From: Takakia lepidozioides
Lineage: Eukaryota; Plantae; Bryophyta
DNA: 64,000 nt
NCBI GenBank assembly: GCA_030704615.1
Contig: CM060732.1
Location: 66,898,001-66,962,000, forward strand
Direction: 5' to 3'
The position numbers and the translations under genes were made by a program. Positions 58,321 through 64,000 of this stretch are shown here, piece by piece (within the stretch, counting starts at the first letter, position 1; each line of letters opens with the position of its first letter). Under the pieces are notes generated by a model. That model was not told the DNA's origin and ran no database searches. It saw only the letters and a program-made list of their open reading frames with translations.

Positions 58321-61300
58321 AACCTGCCATCTTGCATGACTCAATTCTTAGTTACAAACCCTTACACTCAAACCATAAATCTCATCGATAAATCAGAGAA
58401 GGATCTCTTGATGAGGATAGGCTTGATCCTTCACATTGAAAGGGTACCAACATTCTGCAGTCATCTACTTTTGAGAACAAAGTGCACAGGTTCTATCAGT
58501 TAGAGTCGAAATCTTGTCCTGACAACAATACCCATCATATTCTTGGCCTAGTGATCCTGTATATTGACATTAGAACTATCACCTATTGTTCCTGCCCTGG
58601 CTCAGGATGAACCCTTTCACCCAAGGAGGATTCAACCAAGTCTTGATTGAAAGGATGTCCGTTGTGCGCTTATGTCTGAAGTCTGATCTGAAGTGTGATG
58701 ATGTTGGAGTTTTCTGTGAAAACTATGACAGTTCAAATTACAAAGACCAGAACCAACCTCTTGCGCAAAACCAAATGCTACAATCAACTGAGCTCCAACC
58801 AGCTTCGAGCAAAAACAAATAACCTTTAACAACACCTTTTCTGGTGACAGCAAGATTCACAACTGCTGCAATGCCACTTATATCAGCAATGAGACGCATA
58901 ATCCAGCCCACAAAACATGCTACAGGTCAGAGGAAGTCCTGACCAACTCTTCTCACAGCCTGAATGAACACCCTCACCTTCCAACCTGTTGTCTGAACAG
59001 TGTAAAGGATCTGAGAAGAACTCCTGCCGGAGCCATTCTGTGCCTACTGCTTGGCCTGCATGCAAACACACCAAAACATAAATCTTTAGTAGCTCCTAAT
59101 TTCCGGAGTCTTAGGTGGTGTGGGACATTCACACATACACTTCCCTCACTCTCTCCGCATTCGCCCTTTCTCAAGCACAGTGTGACTGGAACTGCAATAT
59201 CAGCTACGGGTGTCCATCTGTATGGGATTTGGGGCTAGAGCAGCAGCGCTGGATTCAAAACAGAATTTTCTAGCATGGATCACTATACCAGCACAATCAT
59301 AGCTAGCTACACGCCATGACTATGCGTTTTCTCCAGCCTCGAATTCCAAGGATAATGAAATCCTGCAGAGACTAAACCCTCAAAGATAAAGGTGTGTATT
59401 ACAGTCACGTTCCTCTACAGCCCCTACATGATTTGAACTTCCCCACGGGAGCAATTTCTGCTGATATGGGTCCACAAACTAAGCAGAAGCGTTGCATTTC
59501 CATACCTTTCTTGTGTGTCCCTGAAGGTTGGGAGGGAGTCATAGCCATGACTTGCAAAGATCTTGGGCTCCACCTAGCCTAGCCAGATACCCATTTCAGC
59601 TCAGTTTGTTTGCTCTGCGGCCTACCCCCTGTTCAGCGCAAGCGGCCTCTCCCTTCGTTCGCAGCACAGAGCCCGAGCCCGCTGCCATCGCTTCACAGAA
59701 GCAATATCTCGTTGCATTCCTACAAACTGTTGAAGAAAACTGAGAGATTCTTCCAAACAGCAAACCAGCCGCCTCTCCAACACGAGATTATGGGGTTCAT
59801 AACAGCGTTGTGCTTTTATCAGAATCTCTCCTGTTATCATCTATCCATCGATGGTAACCTAAAACCAACACCTGGGGTACCTAGAGGACCGTATTCTGGT
59901 CAGGGACCCCTCAGTTGCCATGCCTAAGTATGCCCTGTCAACTGTTAACCCTTGTTTTAAAAAAAAAAACCCTTAACTGCCTAAGTACAAACTGAACCCA
60001 GCAGTTTCACCACCTTACCTCAGTAATTTGAGGCTACAGCTTTACCACCATTTATCCGCGAGAATGAACAATGAGGTGAACCTTCACCTAGCCCTGGAGA
60101 AAATGAAAGGCAAGAAGAAGCATGAATCTATGTAATGAGTTGTGGACATAATACTTGAAGTCCAGTGACAAGTAATATTCAATGAAATGGTGATACCTAG
60201 CCTTGCGGGTGTCGCATGGGAAGGAAGGTGCATGATGCAGAGTACCCAACAATGGTGGTAGGTTTGTCGCTGATTGTCTCCGTTTTCTAAAGAAGGGGGC
60301 GGAGAGCCCGAAATTGCATTGAGCATGGACACATTCCACGGTTTTTCCCACGGGCAGAGGGCTGTAATTGAATTCTGCCCGGTATTGAACAGGTGTCGAA
60401 TATCCACGACTGTTGTTTACAACAGGAAAATCCTGGCCCTTGGTCTTTCGAACGGGACAGGCATATCAAATGCAGGAAAGCTCCCGGGCAGGGGAAAAAC
60501 AGTTCCTGGCAGTCGATGAAAAATTCTGGTTTTCTTTTTTTTTTATTAGTTTTTTTTAAGCATTTTCTCCATTACATAGTACCTCTGAGTAGCAACTTGC
60601 TAGTAACCTCTCATCTCCATTGGTGATTTTGGACTATTTGGACATTTTTTTGGTACCTTGTTGCAATCGCGCAACTATCTACCACCATTCAGCATCCCCA
60701 AACTCCAACTGTGCCTAGTTCAGTTATGCATCACTCCTCAGGCCAAAGTTGGTAGGAATCGAACGTAAAAATACATATATAATAATGTATTTATGCTTCC
60801 TTCGGGAGGCGTCAAATATCATATTTTATTATTTTTATTTCATAATAATATTTTTGTAGACCTGGATTTGAGCTCCTACACAAAACTCCCACAAAATTCT
60901 GGTTTGATGGGACCACAAAGTGGTAAAAGCTTGGGACCCACAAATTATAATGTAGTGTGTACTACCATCCTGCCAAATTGTCAGTTTATATGACTTTCAT
61001 CCTATGGGTTGCTTTGTACAGATTTACATGGGTATGAAGGGTGAAACTTTCCAAGCTTCAAGCAAGCTGCAATTTCTTCCATACTTTTTTGAAGGTGTAT
61101 GGGTAGTACCATGCTAATGCCCCACAATGTCCAAACAATTTATAGAATTGAGAAAAATATAGGACCCTAACTATAGGAACTTGGAAGTCTAGGTACGACA
61201 CTTGGGAGAGTACGGCGGGGCTAGGTGACAATCTCTGTGCCATGTGTCTAGTCAACCTTGGATTATTGGCTTATAAATGATCAGCTTGGAATCTTCTCAC

Positions 61301-62533
61301 TACAATTTTCATGAGTTGGAAGTCATCCCAATCTGACAACATATGCAGATGCTATGAAGATTCGACCAAATACAACGAACCCAATTAGGTCGGCTGGTAG
61401 ATTAAGGATTCAAAGGCAATGTAACTCCACATTGTGTTTTATTGTGTTTTTTGGTCTGAAGGAGGTTTGGGGACATTAGCCGTTGGAATGCGGCTTATGT
61501 GTTGAGTTCTTGTGTTACATCGTCAGTCCTTGAGAAGCCACTTTAGTGGATTTGATTGTGGTCATTAGGATGTTGTGATCCTTCTAGCTTCCTTCATTCT
61601 TACAAGCTAACATCCATGAGGTAGCCTAGTTGTTTCGAGCTCAAAAACCACATAAGTGTGTTGGATGTCATACCCATCACAAAGCAATAGCCTTATGGGA
61701 ACAAATGACACAGGGGTTCCATTCGCTTCAACAAGAGTTCAGATTTGTTTTTCTTATATATCATTCTTGACGCCGCGTGCGTACGATAGTCATCGCGGGG
61801 TCCTCTCCCATGGCACAAACCTGTGGGGTTGATAGGGTGGGGAGCTGCCAACAAAAATCATAGCAATATGGGTTTGGAGATTATACTAGTGGACAACCAA
61901 CCGGACATGCCTACGTGCATTGTGCACATTTCTTCTTGCCGGCGTTGCATATTTGGTCCGCCAATGCCCTCCAAGTGGCATCGGCTTTGCCAGAGAAAGA
62001 TCATTGAGACATGAAGGGTACCCGATCCCAATCATTTAGAGCCTTTGCACCTCAACAAATGCCATGGAACGAAACTGCACATTGAAATTCAACAAAACAA
62101 TAGGCAATTATAGTCAAAGTATAAGAGCATATCAATAATTTAGGAACAAACACAAATTCATGCAAAAACAATAAACAAAATTACACATTGAAATTTAAAA
62201 GAACTAGTGATATACTTTAGAATTGCAAACTTGCCACACGTCATGAGATATTTTAAACATATTGCAGATTCACTTGCTTATAATATCTAGGCGCATGTTA
62301 CAATAGATCAAGAAACAAAGTAAATGAAAACTCCAACATACCCCAGGATAAAATTTTCATCACAAAATTTGTAGAACTCTAGATCTGATCAAGGAAAATC
62401 CCAGATATATTCGGGCACATAGTACTCCACTCCAATGCATTCTTTGGATTCTTTGGTATAGAACTAACGAACTTCCGTACATTTCTTGAAAACTCTGAAT
62501 AACAATCACTTCCATCCTCGTCTTTTGATATGC

Positions 62534-63694
62534 CACTCCATTTGGGACCATAACATATTGAATTCTCACAATGTCTATCAAACCTCCCCGAAAAGATTTC
62601 AAATTCATCTATGGGTGCAAATTCAATTTGAGCATAGTATCCATTCGATGTCTCAAAACCTTATCCAATCCAAAAAAACACAAACAAACGCAAAAATTAG
62701 ATTAATGACATGTCACTATCCAAATCAAAGTTTATGTTATAGGTTTGTCACTATCCAAATCAAAGTTTCTATCACATGTTGCACACCACTGACAAAGACA
62801 AGTACGAGTTTGAATATAATTACCATCTGTTGTACTCCAAGGTTAGCAACCCAAGGTCGCTGCCAGATGTACGATAATCCGTCATGCCAAGCGTTTGAGA
62901 CAATTGTATTGTCCCACAAAATATTGAAAAAATCCAACAATTTATCCATCACAAATTTTACATCTGCATCAAGAACAAGAAGAAGGTCGTCACAATTAAG
63001 CGCAGAACCTCCTCCAGCTCCTCGAAGTGGACGTCACCTGCCAAATTCTCATATTGACTCTCTAGACTCCCAGAGATGTTCGAGCACCAAGTTCTCGTTG
63101 TGAGCATCTTCCACCCGCACAACACTCCACTGCATGACATATGTTGTCGGAAAATAGAAAGCTAAACCCGTCTTTCGATGTGTCACTCCATTTGGGACCA
63201 TAACATATTGAAATTCTTGCAATGTCTATCAAACCTGCCCGAAAAGATTTCAAATTCATCTTTGGGTGCAAGTTCAATTTGAGCATAGTACCCATTCGAT
63301 GTCTCAAAATTTTATCCAATCCAAAAAAACACAAACAAACGCAAAAGTTAGATTAATGACATGTCACTATCCAAATCAAAGTTTCTATCACATGTTGCAC
63401 ACTACTGACAAAAACAAGTATGAGTTTGAATACAATTACCATATGTTGTACTCCAAGGTTAGCAACCCAAGGTCGTTGCCTGACGTACGATAATCTATCA
63501 TGCTAAGCCTTTGAGACAATTGTATTGTCCCACAAAATATTGGGAAAATCCAACAATTTATCCATCACAAATTTTACACCTACATCAAGAACAAGAAGAA
63601 TGTCGTTATTCTTCGCGTTAAAGTTCATAATTGAGCGCAAAACCTCCTCCGGCTCCTCGAAGTGGACGTCACCTGCGAAATTCTCATATTGACT
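62534..63694. repeat. Direct duplication (about 520-bp copies, 650-bp offset) of decayed coding-like sequence
   Basis: CACTCCATTTGGGACCATAACATATTG...TTCTCATATTGACT at 62534-63059 and 63184-63694. Confidence 0.92.
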
Positions 63695-63830
63695 AAGAGA
63701 GAGAGAGAGAGAAGACTTCGGCTGAAGCCGGCGTAACTAAGAGCCACTTCGCCTTGCGGCTCATATTGACTAATACACTGCCCACCCCTTCAAATAGCAA
63801 GCATGTCGTTATGATAGCTCGATGACAAGT

Positions 63831-63897
63831 CTATAGGGGGATTCGACCCCCGGCCCTATGCAGCCCCATTAGAGAGTCCTAACCACTACAATACCAT
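63831..63897 (-). mobile_element. tRNA-derived SINE head or tRNA pseudogene
   Basis: Minus strand TGGTATTGTAGTGGTTAGGAC...GGGGGTCGAATCCCCC: A-box-like start and a T-arm hairpin with B box; no valid cloverleaf. Confidence 0.55.
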
Positions 63898-64000
63898 GTT
63901 AATCCGAAAAAGCAAGGGTCTTGTTTTTTATTTAAAGTCATGGAGGGCCTGGGGTTTTTGCCTGCGTGGGGCCAATTGGACCCTGCCTTGTCCCCGCTGC

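Noticed and set aside
58694-58791. Box C/D snoRNA (GTGATGA ... CTGA)
   Set aside because: No terminal stem or recognisable rRNA guide; such motifs occur by chance.
62486-63103. 205-aa plus-strand ORF
   Set aside because: Non-ATG start, not maintained in the duplicate copy and antisense to the more protein-like decayed frames.

Overview
Eukaryotic nuclear DNA from a land plant, most likely a bryophyte (inference from the PSTALRE-type CDKB, nuclear NdhM, and mitochondrial inserts that look bryophyte-like and heavily edited). Seven intact intron-containing genes were assembled by hand from splice sites, all giving full-length open frames: RPL18 (-), SnRK1 alpha kinase (+), PTEN2-like phosphatase (-), PhnP-like metallo-beta-lactamase-fold hydrolase (-), DnaJ72-like J protein (+), CDKB (+) and NdhM (-). 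Two pairs are head-to-head with about 0.5 kb between start codons. The intergenic blocks are transposon debris: a decayed pogo/Tc5 element, hAT-type ends, LINE fragments and stacked LINE 3' tails, tRNA-derived SINEs and tandem repeats. Three observations are not visible in the ORF track. (1) A mosaic mitochondrial insertion (NUMT) at about 10.06-11.32 kb contains rps12, a two-motif LAGLIDADG homing endonuclease, a probable group II intron end and cob, with cob keeping dense unedited codons. (2) A hAT insertion into the tip of the pogo terminal repeat has its two 8-bp target duplications 6 kb apart in opposite orientation, which records an inversion. (3) An E2F/CHR/MSA motif cluster lies upstream of CDKB. 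All homology calls come from remembered family motifs, not database searches.
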